Assembly: GCA_043765495.1 (NCBI GenBank)
Contig: JAYUJA010000138.1
Location: forward strand, 3,797-67,796
DNA from: Bacteroidia bacterium
GTDB taxonomy: Bacteria; Bacteroidota; Bacteroidia; JAYUJA01
Reading direction: 5' to 3'
DNA: 64,000 nucleotides
Each line of letters begins with the position of its first letter. The stretch's first letter is position 1. Shown piece after piece: positions 1-9,130 of this stretch. A program made the translations under genes and the position numbers. The notes under the pieces were generated by a model, which worked only from the letters and a program-made list of their open reading frames with translations, searched no databases and was not told where the DNA came from.

Positions 1-1
1 A

Positions 2-241
2 TACAAAAAAGCTATTTTAGACAACCATCCTATTGAAGAAAAAGATTTAGAATATTTTATTTTTGAAGGAGAAGTATCTAATCATGCATATAATAATACC
101 AAAAAAGGAAGAATAAATTTACAATTAAAAGATGGCAGTTTATTAGATTTGAAGACGGCATCGATACAATTAGAGTCTGCTATTTTATCTAAAAAGATAA
201 CACGCAACTATTTGTGTTTTGATACCAAAACACAAATATAG
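2..241 (+). CDS. 3' end of a CDS that starts upstream of the window (hypothetical protein)
   Basis: Frame 2 is open from the window edge to TAG at 239-241 (…ILSKKITRNYLCFDTKTQI*). No recognisable motif. Confidence 0.3.
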   Translation, partial: YKKAILDNHPIEEKDLEYFIFEGEVSNHAYNNTKKGRINLQLKDGSLLDLKTASIQLESAILSKKITRNYLCFDTKTQI

Positions 242-326
242 GGTCAAATAGCTTATAATAAGTTATTTACAAAACAAAAGACACAAATAAGAAACACATT
301 ATTTTTACTTTCAATACATCATTTAT

Positions 327-1049
327 ATGTTTTTAGCTACCAGTTTGCTTTGCTTGTTTCTTCAAAAAGAAACCATTAACCCAATAGAAGAAAAAAGAAT
401 GATAAGTCCTGTTGTTTTATTTAATAGACTGAACGATAAAATCAGAGACCAGAGTATCAGTACAGAAGAAGCGAAAAAAGAAATAATACGACTCATTCCA
501 CAAATAAAGAAATACTATGCCATACCAAAGACCTCTACTAAATATGTATTTCCAGTACAAGGATATACGTATAAAAATATAGGCGGAAAAAATGGAAATG
601 GATACCTAGAAAGTGGTTACGATTATTATAAAGGAAATTCACACGGTGGCCATGCTGCGCAGGATATTTTTATTAAAGATAAAAACCAAGATAACATAGA
701 CGACAAAACTAAAATGAATGTGAATGTTCTTTCTATGAGTGATGGGATAGTAGTAGCAGTAGCAGACAAATGGGAAACCAACAGTAACCTAAAAGGTGGA
801 AAATATATTTGGATATACGAGCCTAGCACGTCTAATCTGTTTTATTATGCACACAACGATAGCGTGAATGTAGGTATTGGTAGTATCGTAAATGCAGGGA
901 ATAAAATAGCTACAGTAGGACGTACAGGCTTGAATGCTTACAAAAAGCGTTCACCAACGCACTTACACATCTCTACATTAAAAGTAAATGAAACTACTGG
1001 CGATGTAAAACCGTTCAATCCGTATGAATTATTAAAAAAAGCTAAATAA
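327..1049 (+). CDS. M23 family metallopeptidase (LytM-like)
   Basis: 240-aa ORF with an HxxxD motif (HGGHAAQD) and a downstream HxH (THLHIS), both typical of M23 peptidases. Hydrophobic N-terminus. Confidence 0.65.
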   Translation: MFLATSLLCLFLQKETINPIEEKRMISPVVLFNRLNDKIRDQSISTEEAKKEIIRLIPQIKKYYAIPKTSTKYVFPVQGYTYKNIGGKNGNGYLESGYDYYKGNSHGGHAAQDIFIKDKNQDNIDDKTKMNVNVLSMSDGIVVAVADKWETNSNLKGGKYIWIYEPSTSNLFYYAHNDSVNVGIGSIVNAGNKIATVGRTGLNAYKKRSPTHLHISTLKVNETTGDVKPFNPYELLKKAK

Positions 1050-1052
1050 GCT

Positions 1053-1970
1053 ATGAACTGGATAGTAGTAGATGAAGTACACGAATACCTAATCGATTAT
1101 CTGACTGAAAGTCAAACCCTAGTCTATAATCCTACTATTGGCTACAAAGAACTAATAACAAACCACTCCACCGTAGAAGGAATCATTATTAGAAGTAGTT
1201 TTAAGATAGATAAAAACCTGATAGATGCATTACCAAATCTTCGTTGTATAGCGAGGTACGGGGCTGGTATGGAAAATATAGACAAAGAATATGCTATTTC
1301 TAAAAATATAATGTGTATCAACGCTGCGGAAGGGAATGCTACTTCTGTAGCAGAGCAATGCCTGGGAATGCTGTTGAGCCTTCTGCACCAGCTACCCAAA
1401 GCGACCAATGAAGTCAAAAGTGGTGTGTGGGATAGACAAAATAACTGGGGTAGCGAACTAACGAATAAGACAATCGCCATCATCGGATTTGGTAATACAG
1501 GAAGTCAGTTTTATAAACTATTACAAGGATTCTCTATAAAAAAACTTATCTACGATCCATACAAAAATTTAGATACCACAGAGCAAGTAGATTATCCTAC
1601 TATTTTTGAAGAAGCTGACATCGTTAGTCTACATATTCCGCTTACTCCTGAAACCCATTACCTTGTAAATAAAGAATATATATCGAAATTCAAAAAAAAT
1701 ATTATTCTACTAAATACTTCACGTGGTAAGATAGTGGATACACAAGAAATAGCAGCAGCCATCGCTAGTAAGAAAATAAAAGCGGCTGCATTAGATGTTT
1801 TAGAATATGAAAAGCTGAATTTCGAAAACCTAGATAATTATCCTAGTGCATTGAGTTATTTATTAGAGCAGCCGAATGTAATGATAACACCACACATAGC
1901 TGGATGGTCACAGGAGTCGTATTATAAAATGGCAGAAGTAATAGTAAAAAAGATAAAAAATTTAGTTTAA
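1053..1970 (+). CDS. D-isomer-specific 2-hydroxyacid dehydrogenase (phosphoglycerate dehydrogenase-like)
   Basis: Rossmann GxGxxG (IAIIGFGNTGSQ), a catalytic-domain RGK/…HIAG pattern, 305 aa. Confidence 0.8.
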   Translation: MNWIVVDEVHEYLIDYLTESQTLVYNPTIGYKELITNHSTVEGIIIRSSFKIDKNLIDALPNLRCIARYGAGMENIDKEYAISKNIMCINAAEGNATSVAEQCLGMLLSLLHQLPKATNEVKSGVWDRQNNWGSELTNKTIAIIGFGNTGSQFYKLLQGFSIKKLIYDPYKNLDTTEQVDYPTIFEEADIVSLHIPLTPETHYLVNKEYISKFKKNIILLNTSRGKIVDTQEIAAAIASKKIKAAALDVLEYEKLNFENLDNYPSALSYLLEQPNVMITPHIAGWSQESYYKMAEVIVKKIKNLV

Positions 1971-1977
1971 TTTGTAG

Positions 1978-1985
1978 TATATTTG
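1978..1985 (+). promoter_or_regulatory. Candidate Bacteroidota sigma-A -7 box (TATATTTG)
   Basis: Matches TAnnTTTG, 22 nt upstream of the ATG at 2008. Confidence 0.35.
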
Positions 1986-2007
1986 CGTATTAAATATTCC
2001 CCACCTT

Positions 2008-2253
2008 ATGACCAATAACGATATATTCAAAAAATTAAGAGTAGCTTTAAGTCTTAACAACAACGATATAGTACACATTTTATCCCTGGTAGATTTCAAA
2101 ATATCTAATAGCGAACTAGGTGCTATTTTTAGAAAAGAAGACCATGAAAATTATAAACTTTGTGGTGACCAATTGTTACGAAATTTCTTGAATGGATTAG
2201 TGATTTACAAACGAGGACCAATGCCAAGCAAAGAAGAGGAAACAAATAATTAA
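2008..2253 (+). CDS. DUF1456 (YehS-like) family protein
   Basis: NDIFKKLRVAL…ELGAIFRKEDHENYKLCGDQLLRNFLNGL matches the conserved DUF1456 signature. Single copy, 81 aa. Confidence 0.55.
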   Translation: MTNNDIFKKLRVALSLNNNDIVHILSLVDFKISNSELGAIFRKEDHENYKLCGDQLLRNFLNGLVIYKRGPMPSKEEETNN

Positions 2254-2409
2254 AATTGCAACACTTTATCTATTTTATCAGTAAGATGCTTGTTGTATTG
2301 TGAATACATAAAATCATTAAAAATACTAATATCTTCTTTTTCTTTGGCAGCTAGAAGAGCTTCTATATATTCTACCTTGTCTTGTGTGAATACAATCGCT
2401 AATGGAAGA

Positions 2410-2937
2410 TTACTTAAACCTTCTCTTTATTCTTTGCCAAAAGGACAAGCTAGCCGTGATTTTTTTCTTACATCGCTGTATATCTTTTTCTAGTACTTCT
2501 ATTTTATCACTATCCAAACAACTACGTATTGCTACTTGATAGGCTATTATCGCTGGTTCGTATTGCTCTTGTAATTCTAGTGTATACCCAAATTCATTGT
2601 GCAAATCTGGTTTGTATACCGTAGGTATTTTTACGGATTTTTGTAGTATTACTAATGCTTCTTCGTACCTGTCTTGCTTGCGTAGTAGGTATACATAATT
2701 AAAATAAGTAGGAGAATAGTAGCTATCGAATTGAATAGCTAGTTGGTAGTGTTTTTCTGCCATTACCAAATCATTGTACTTATGCTCTTTGAGCCAGCCT
2801 AGGTGGTTATGTGCCTTACCAAACGATGGATCTTCTTCTACTATTGTTTCTAGTATATTTTTAGCTTTGGTAAACAGTCCGTCTTCTATTTTTTTATCTG
2901 CGTCTTCAAAAAGCTCTTGTAAATCATCTAGTGTCAT
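2410..2937 (-). CDS. Tetratricopeptide-repeat protein
   Basis: 175-aa ORF with repeated W/LG-Y-A-F-P TPR-like helices (HLGWLKEHKYNDL…AEKHYQLAIQFDSYYSPTYFNYVYLL). Confidence 0.55.
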   Translation of the reverse strand: MTLDDLQELFEDADKKIEDGLFTKAKNILETIVEEDPSFGKAHNHLGWLKEHKYNDLVMAEKHYQLAIQFDSYYSPTYFNYVYLLRKQDRYEEALVILQKSVKIPTVYKPDLHNEFGYTLELQEQYEPAIIAYQVAIRSCLDSDKIEVLEKDIQRCKKKITASLSFWQRIKRRFK

Positions 2938-3025
2938 AAGTCTGTTTTTATGTACTGCAAAGATACTATAAAAATGTTTATCTATTTATTTTTTACATTT
3001 TTACGTTTGTTATTAAAAAATTAAT

Positions 3026-3033
3026 TACTTTTG
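3026..3033 (+). promoter_or_regulatory. Candidate -7 box (TACTTTTG) for the bTHX gene
   Basis: TAnnTTTG match 41 nt upstream of the ATG at 3075. Confidence 0.4.
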
Positions 3034-3074
3034 CGGCGACATATATTTTTATTCACTCTTAAATCATTTTTATT

Positions 3075-3188
3075 ATGGGAAAAGGAGATCCGAAATCTAA
3101 AAGAGGAAAACGCACGATTGGTAGTTTCGGTGTGAAACGTCCAAAGAGAATTGCTACTAAAGTTGCTACAGCAACTACAACTGAATAA
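3075..3188 (+). CDS. 30S ribosomal protein bTHX
   Basis: The 37-aa ORF MGKGDPKSKRGKRTIGSFGVKRPKRIATKVATATTTE matches the MGKGD…RGK…G.FG..RPK signature of Thx. It is absent from the ORF track because it is shorter than 60 aa. A hairpin plus T-tract follows it. Confidence 0.7.
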   Translation: MGKGDPKSKRGKRTIGSFGVKRPKRIATKVATATTTE

Positions 3189-3198
3189 TATGTATCAC

Positions 3199-3231
3199 AT
3201 AGGTGGGCTTTTAAGCTCACCTATTTTTTTA
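3199..3231 (+). terminator. Rho-independent terminator downstream of the bTHX gene
   Basis: ATAGGTGGGCTT/AAGCTCACCTAT stem with one mismatch, followed by TTTTTTT. Confidence 0.55.
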
Positions 3232-3972
3232 TTCCGAAATGATATGTTTTGTAATATCGTTGTCTTGTGTATTATTTTCGTGAAAATCGATGAATAATTC
3301 ATACATAAACACTTTATAGAAAGAGTGTATTAAAAATACACTAACGAATGAAATTATTTGGATAATATCTGGGTAATCCTCAAATAAATGACCAATACTA
3401 AAATTGAAGTAATAAACAATTCCCCATACACAAGCTATTACTAATAAACAAGATGCGTAATTTTTTATTATTCTGATGCTTATAGCTGTACATTCTTTCA
3501 TACTACCATCTATAAACATATAATTCAGTTTAAAAATAGACATTGCAATAGAAGATATAATTAACATAACAACATTAATTATGATAGCATATTGTAAAGA
3601 GACAGAAAAAAAATCTAATATTGCATATAGATTGCTAATGATAACTAAATGAGGTATTTGCACTAAAATTATTGTCAGTGTTTTGACATTTAATAAGTTA
3701 CTTATTTTAAGTTTTTTTAGGGTTTGTGCTTTGCTTTCGTCTATTATATAATAGATAGTATTAGAAAGGAGTAAATAACTAATTACAGTAATAGTACTAA
3801 ACATATACCACTCTTGCGAATTAGATACCCATTCAGAATCTACTGAATAACTAGAGTTCTTTAAAAACAAAAGACCTGTACAGATTAGGCTTAATACCAG
3901 CAATATTATGGGATTTTTTATCCACGTATTCCACGTGTTGGACAGTAGCGAATTCATTTTTGATTTGTTCAT
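3229..3972 (-). CDS. Polytopic membrane protein, unknown function (last gene of the tamB cluster)
   Basis: 247 aa with several hydrophobic segments. Lies 18 bp downstream of tamB on the same strand. Confidence 0.5.
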   Translation of the reverse strand: MNKSKMNSLLSNTWNTWIKNPIILLVLSLICTGLLFLKNSSYSVDSEWVSNSQEWYMFSTITVISYLLLSNTIYYIIDESKAQTLKKLKISNLLNVKTLTIILVQIPHLVIISNLYAILDFFSVSLQYAIIINVVMLIISSIAMSIFKLNYMFIDGSMKECTAISIRIIKNYASCLLVIACVWGIVYYFNFSIGHLFEDYPDIIQIISFVSVFLIHSFYKVFMYELFIDFHENNTQDNDITKHIISE

Positions 3973-3990
3973 GATAGATTGATAAATTAA

Positions 3991-6900
3991 TTATTTCTTT
4001 TTTTGTGCTAGATTTGGTTTTTTGAGAACTATTTTTTTCTTTTTCTTCTTAAATAAATATTCAAAATCTTTTTTGAACGATACTCCTGTTCCTTGTGTGT
4101 AAGGGGCAGAGCTGTTGGCAAAACTGTATTGGTTAGATTTGTTAAACGCATGTAGTATAATAGTGCCATCTTTGTTCAAATCTGCTTCTAGATTTACCTC
4201 TCCAAATACGGCATTACGGCTTGTACTACTACTGTCCGACTTTAACCCTACACTTACCTCTATCCTCACTATATCTCTTAAAAAAGCTGGCAAATACCGC
4301 TTATCTAGGTGTAAGCTACCTTTTCTTTGTGTAAAATCGATACTTACGCCTTGTATCACATTATCCAATAAGTTGGATAGTTGGTTAGAAAACATTTCTC
4401 CTACTGTTTTACCGATTCCTTGGCTGATGATAGAACCTTGCTGTATCCCCCCAGTAGCATCACTAGGCGGCATGAACGATTTGAAGGTTATCAAAGCAAA
4501 GACCTGTCTATTTAGTTCTTCTTGGGCTTGTAGTATATTATTGATGACACTTTTTGTAGTTTCGTCAGTTTGGGTTTTTATAGCGAACTGAATATCTGGG
4601 TTTAATAGTTTTCCTTTCAAATTAAGCAACGTAGAAGTAGGTACTTTATAGTTATACCGATTAGGATCTATATGCCCTAGTAGGTTATTTAAGTTCGCTT
4701 CTACTTGGTATTTGGCAGTAAGGTCTATATCGGCATTGTAGGGATCGCCTGTCCAGATGATACTTCCGCCTTTTTCTATGTCAAATTTCTTACCTGCTAC
4801 ATCTTGTAATGTAAATAGATAATTTCCACCTTCTATAAAATAATCACCTGTAAGTTTGAACCCGTCCCAAGTATTTATTTCGAGTACCATGTCGGCGTTT
4901 CCTCGTGCCATTATTTCGTCTCCTACTTTACTATCAAATACTATTTTGGCTACTGCATCAGGTGTTACTTTTAAGTTTAGCACCATATCTAGTTTTGACC
5001 AGTTTTTGGCTACTGTTTTCTTAGTAGTGTCTTTGGTTACGAAATGTATAAAATCGGCTTCGGTAATGTCAGACACATTGCCTAGTGGTAAGCTCAATTC
5101 GGATCCTTTTTCTGTTTTTCCATTTATCCTTATTTTAAGATCTTCAAAATAGCCTTTTATGCGTATATCCCCAGTCATGTAAGCAGTACCATAAAAAAGT
5201 TCGTTGTCTTTACTGGTTGTTTTTAGGGCTTGAAATTTATGGGCATCTACTTTCATATCCAAGTACATGGAAGATGGTTGAAATTTCTTGTGTTTCAAAC
5301 TCACGTTTACCCAAGCCGAATCGCCTCTTTCGTCGTATAGTAAGGCTTTTTTAAGTGTAAACTCGTTGGATTCAATGTGTATTTTTTCTACGTCTACAAA
5401 ATTGTAAGCAGTGTTCAAGTAAGCCACTTTGCAATAACCTCTGCGTAGGTTTAAGTCTCCTTGTAGCTGGGGGTTGTCGGTAGATCCTGTGATGCGTATA
5501 TCGCCCGAAACTATGCCATCAAGATCCGAAAATACGGATTTTATATACGGCTGGAAAGTTTTGATAGATAGCCCATTTGTGCGTACGGTTACATCTAGGT
5601 TGTCTTGTTTTTTATTTGGAAATATTTTACCATCAAAACTAATTACCGAAAATCCTTTTCTATCTACACCACCCATAAGTAGTATTTCTTTTGTTTCGGG
5701 ATTCCAGTTGCTGATAAGTTTTATATCGCCAAGAATTTCCGTGTTTAGGCTCAAATCTTTTACTTTTATGTTCGTACTAAATACTGGTTTGTTGTATATA
5801 TTCGCTATGACTAGCCCACCGTTGGATACGCCGTCTATTTTAGTCGTAGGTAAGTCCACGAATGCGCCGATATTATTCAATCTAAAATCTTTGAGTGTGA
5901 GTTGTAGTTTATCATTCGGATCTTTGCTTATAATACCATTTGCGATAAAAGACTGATTATCTCTATACAATTTGAAATTATTTATGTCTATCTTATTATC
6001 CGCGATACTTATTTTATTATCTGTACCGATATTCCATAGTGTATCTTGTAAGTATATCTCGGAAGGCAATAATCGGAAATCTATTCCTTTATTCGTGATT
6101 TTTGCGATACTATTAATCGTACCGTTATTTTTTGCAAACTCTGTACTCGACCAGTTTAGCTGTGTTGCCAAACTATCGTCGTGTGCTACTCCTTTTAGCA
6201 ATACATTGTTAATAAATATACTATCTGACAATACAATAGAAGAAGATCCAAGAAAGAAATCTAAATTATCGTTTTTGTTCGTAGTCTCGAAAGCAATATC
6301 ATTGAATCGGATTTTTTCATACGTAATGGTATCGGATTTTATGGCACATGTGACGATATTATTATTTTCGTTAAACATTCCTTTGAGTGTAGTACCATTT
6401 GCTACTTTGAGAGAAGGAAGGAACAAAGAAGTTAGTAAGTCTGTATTTTTTAATACTAGATTATAATTAAAATTTTGGTACACATTATTCGCATAATTTT
6501 GGGTAGTAAAAGGTATGTAAGACGGGAAAAATTTGTTGAGTCTATACAATACATCTTCGCCGATATTGGCTATTTTGAAAGCCCCTTGCAGGGTGGCGTC
6601 TACTATATCGGAGTGTAGAATAAGTTCTTTGTTTTGGTGTGTACCATTTATCTGTAAGTCTATGGCGTCAAAATTGTATACTTTATCGTTGTACCATAGC
6701 GTAATATCCGATGCCATTATATCGCCGTATATATCGTCTATATTTTTGCCTTTGCAGTCCAGGTCTAATTTAGTCTTTACGATTGCTTTTTTTATTTTAG
6801 GATCTTTTACATAGCCAAGTGCTTTTAAGTCTATGTATATAATATTCGCTTTGAACTGGTAGGTAGGCTGTTCTTGTTGAAAATTTACTACCCCATCAAA

Positions 6901-8442
6901 ATCTATATTTATTCTTTCTTCCGACATTTTTAGTTTTCCTACGTACTTTTTATCTTCTATATTCCCTGCTACGAATATGTTTTGGTAGGTATTATTTTGG
7001 GCTATTATTTTATTGATATTTCCTTCAATATTTAGTTGTAAATCTTTCATATTGAAACCTTTTCCTTCTACTTTGGTGTCTAATGCTACAAAATCGACGG
7101 TATTAGCTGGCAAAATTGGCTTTAAGTTCAATCCTTTTGTTTTTATATAGCCTTTGTAGGTTGGGATTTTATTTTGAAGATTCATCGCTATATCTGTGTA
7201 TACTTCTCCCAAAGCTGTTTTGGTAGTTCCTTTTATGGTAAAATTGTTCCAGTTTCCTTTGTACGTTCCTTGATAGGCGATAGTACCCATTTTCTCTATT
7301 TGAATAGGAATAGGTAAGGAGTTTTTAGTACCAAATGGAGGTATAGGAAGGTATTTTAGATCTTTATAATCCGTTACTAGTTTAGTAATAGTAGCGTCGA
7401 GTATGGTGTTTTTGGGAGTAGTGAGGTTAGTAAAATGCAGGTCTGCGAGAAGTTGGGTTTTTTGTCCTAGTTTTATATCCATATTTTTAGCATACAGATT
7501 ATTCACAGTTCCTTTTATGCTTCCTTTTATATCTATTTCCTTATCTAGCCCATTCAGCAAAGGAGAGAAGTACGCTATATCTTTTCCAGAAAGGTGGGTA
7601 GATTGTAGTTCTATATTCATATTTACATTATCTTCAAAGTCATCAAAAGCTTTCCAATCTTTGTATTTCAAGACAATATTTCCTTGTAAATTAGTATTTT
7701 TTGTTTTTATGGTAGCTTGGTTGAGTTGTATGGTTTTGATAGAAACGGTTATTTGTCCGTCCCATTTATTCATCATTAATCCTCCTTGCTCTCTAAAATT
7801 CCAATCTACTAACTGTGCTGCTACACTATCTCCCACAATGAACAAGTTGCTTATATCGCCGTTTATGTGTTGTAGGTAGATGTCTTTGTAATTCATATTA
7901 CCAGCGGTATACGTTGCTTTTTTGTTCGTACTATCCACTTGTGAATACCTAAAATTAATATCTTGTAAATTTACAGCATAAAAAGACAACGATACAGGTT
8001 TTGCGGCAGGGTTTTTGGGCGTATTAGGTGGATTGAAATAATCAATAATAAACTGTAAATTCATTCCTCCTTGTGCATATTGTTTCAGGTAGAAATTAGT
8101 TCCTTTGAGGGTAACTTTATCAAAATCCAGTCGTTTATTTATCAGATCGTTTAAGTCATAATTTGCATACAGTTCTTTAGAATATAACAATGTATCATGC
8201 TGCAAATCCTCTATGTATAAGCCGTGGAATGTACTTCTTTCAAACCAGTCTATTTCTACTTTATCGATGGTTACTTTGGTATGCAACTCGTCGGAGAGGT
8301 AAGTAGCTGCTTTTTTGGCAATCCATGTTTGTACGCTATTTTGTTGTAGCGCAACCCAAGTGCTTGTAAGCAATAAAAATAGGATAAATACTAGCCATTT
8401 TATGGTTTTGAATATCCGTCTACTTATTTTCTTGATAGTCAT
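3991..8442 (-). CDS. tamB: Translocation and assembly module protein TamB (AsmA-like/DUF490 family)
   Basis: 1483 aa with a single N-terminal TM anchor (WLVFILFLLLTSTWVALQQ), a long beta-rich body, and the size and architecture typical of Bacteroidota TamB. Confidence 0.7.
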   Translation of the reverse strand: MTIKKISRRIFKTIKWLVFILFLLLTSTWVALQQNSVQTWIAKKAATYLSDELHTKVTIDKVEIDWFERSTFHGLYIEDLQHDTLLYSKELYANYDLNDLINKRLDFDKVTLKGTNFYLKQYAQGGMNLQFIIDYFNPPNTPKNPAAKPVSLSFYAVNLQDINFRYSQVDSTNKKATYTAGNMNYKDIYLQHINGDISNLFIVGDSVAAQLVDWNFREQGGLMMNKWDGQITVSIKTIQLNQATIKTKNTNLQGNIVLKYKDWKAFDDFEDNVNMNIELQSTHLSGKDIAYFSPLLNGLDKEIDIKGSIKGTVNNLYAKNMDIKLGQKTQLLADLHFTNLTTPKNTILDATITKLVTDYKDLKYLPIPPFGTKNSLPIPIQIEKMGTIAYQGTYKGNWNNFTIKGTTKTALGEVYTDIAMNLQNKIPTYKGYIKTKGLNLKPILPANTVDFVALDTKVEGKGFNMKDLQLNIEGNINKIIAQNNTYQNIFVAGNIEDKKYVGKLKMSEERINIDFDGVVNFQQEQPTYQFKANIIYIDLKALGYVKDPKIKKAIVKTKLDLDCKGKNIDDIYGDIMASDITLWYNDKVYNFDAIDLQINGTHQNKELILHSDIVDATLQGAFKIANIGEDVLYRLNKFFPSYIPFTTQNYANNVYQNFNYNLVLKNTDLLTSLFLPSLKVANGTTLKGMFNENNNIVTCAIKSDTITYEKIRFNDIAFETTNKNDNLDFFLGSSSIVLSDSIFINNVLLKGVAHDDSLATQLNWSSTEFAKNNGTINSIAKITNKGIDFRLLPSEIYLQDTLWNIGTDNKISIADNKIDINNFKLYRDNQSFIANGIISKDPNDKLQLTLKDFRLNNIGAFVDLPTTKIDGVSNGGLVIANIYNKPVFSTNIKVKDLSLNTEILGDIKLISNWNPETKEILLMGGVDRKGFSVISFDGKIFPNKKQDNLDVTVRTNGLSIKTFQPYIKSVFSDLDGIVSGDIRITGSTDNPQLQGDLNLRRGYCKVAYLNTAYNFVDVEKIHIESNEFTLKKALLYDERGDSAWVNVSLKHKKFQPSSMYLDMKVDAHKFQALKTTSKDNELFYGTAYMTGDIRIKGYFEDLKIRINGKTEKGSELSLPLGNVSDITEADFIHFVTKDTTKKTVAKNWSKLDMVLNLKVTPDAVAKIVFDSKVGDEIMARGNADMVLEINTWDGFKLTGDYFIEGGNYLFTLQDVAGKKFDIEKGGSIIWTGDPYNADIDLTAKYQVEANLNNLLGHIDPNRYNYKVPTSTLLNLKGKLLNPDIQFAIKTQTDETTKSVINNILQAQEELNRQVFALITFKSFMPPSDATGGIQQGSIISQGIGKTVGEMFSNQLSNLLDNVIQGVSIDFTQRKGSLHLDKRYLPAFLRDIVRIEVSVGLKSDSSSTSRNAVFGEVNLEADLNKDGTIILHAFNKSNQYSFANSSAPYTQGTGVSFKKDFEYLFKKKKKKIVLKKPNLAQKKK

Positions 8443-8470
8443 TTAGGGTATGATTATATAAACTATTATT

Positions 8471-9115
8471 TTAATTAAAAATACTACTTCCTACTCGTAT
8501 CATATTGCTACCACATGGTAGGGCGATGGTACAGTCGTTACTCATTCCCATGCTTAATACAGGCATTTCTAGTTGGGTTATTTCTCTGGCTATATCGAGT
8601 GTGTTTTTTAAGTGTAGGAATTCTCTTTCTACTTGCGAGGTATCTTTTACGAAACTTGCCATTCCCATTAATCCATTTATTTTTACATTAGAATAGCTCT
8701 TCCATTGGTTTGTTTTTAAGTACGTTAGCAATTCTTCGGAAGAAAATCCAAATTTTGTTTCTTCTTGTGCGATGTGTACTTGCAGTAGGCAGTTTATTAT
8801 CCGATTATTTTTTAGTGCATGTTTGTTTATTTCTTGTAATAAGCTATCCGTATCTACTGCTTGTATAGTATGCACGAAGGGAGCGATATACTTCACCTTA
8901 TTGGTTTGCAGATGCCCAATTAAATGCCATTCCACATCTTTGGGGAAATGTTCATATTTTGCTACTAACTCTTGTACTTTATTTTCTCCGTATATTTTAT
9001 AATTTAAGTCATATATTTCTTGTATTGCTTCTAGTGGCTGATTTTTAGTAACCACTATTAACGTAGCAATACCTTGCGTTAGTTGTAAATAATGGTTTAA
9101 TTGTGTTGCTATCAT
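8471..9115 (-). CDS. yggS: YggS family pyridoxal-phosphate homeostasis protein
   Basis: 214 aa with VTKNQP…GENKVQE and the …GHLQTNK motif conserved in the YggS/PROSC family. Confidence 0.85.
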   Translation of the reverse strand: MIATQLNHYLQLTQGIATLIVVTKNQPLEAIQEIYDLNYKIYGENKVQELVAKYEHFPKDVEWHLIGHLQTNKVKYIAPFVHTIQAVDTDSLLQEINKHALKNNRIINCLLQVHIAQEETKFGFSSEELLTYLKTNQWKSYSNVKINGLMGMASFVKDTSQVEREFLHLKNTLDIAREITQLEMPVLSMGMSNDCTIALPCGSNMIRVGSSIFN

Positions 9116-9130
9116 AAAGTTATTTAGGAA

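Noticed and set aside
2290-2971. ORFs 2290-2493 (+) and 2774-2971 (+) overlapping the TPR gene
   Set aside because: They overlap a better-supported opposite-strand CDS with clear TPR periodicity. Their translations are low complexity.
4115-7879. Six plus-strand ORFs of 93-164 aa (4115-4591, 4856-5152, 5474-5956, 5972-6466, 6533-6814, 7403-7879) antisense to tamB
   Set aside because: All lie wholly inside the 1483-aa tamB reading frame on the opposite strand. They have low-complexity, Ser/Leu/Phe-rich translations typical of antisense frames in AT-rich DNA, with no motifs.
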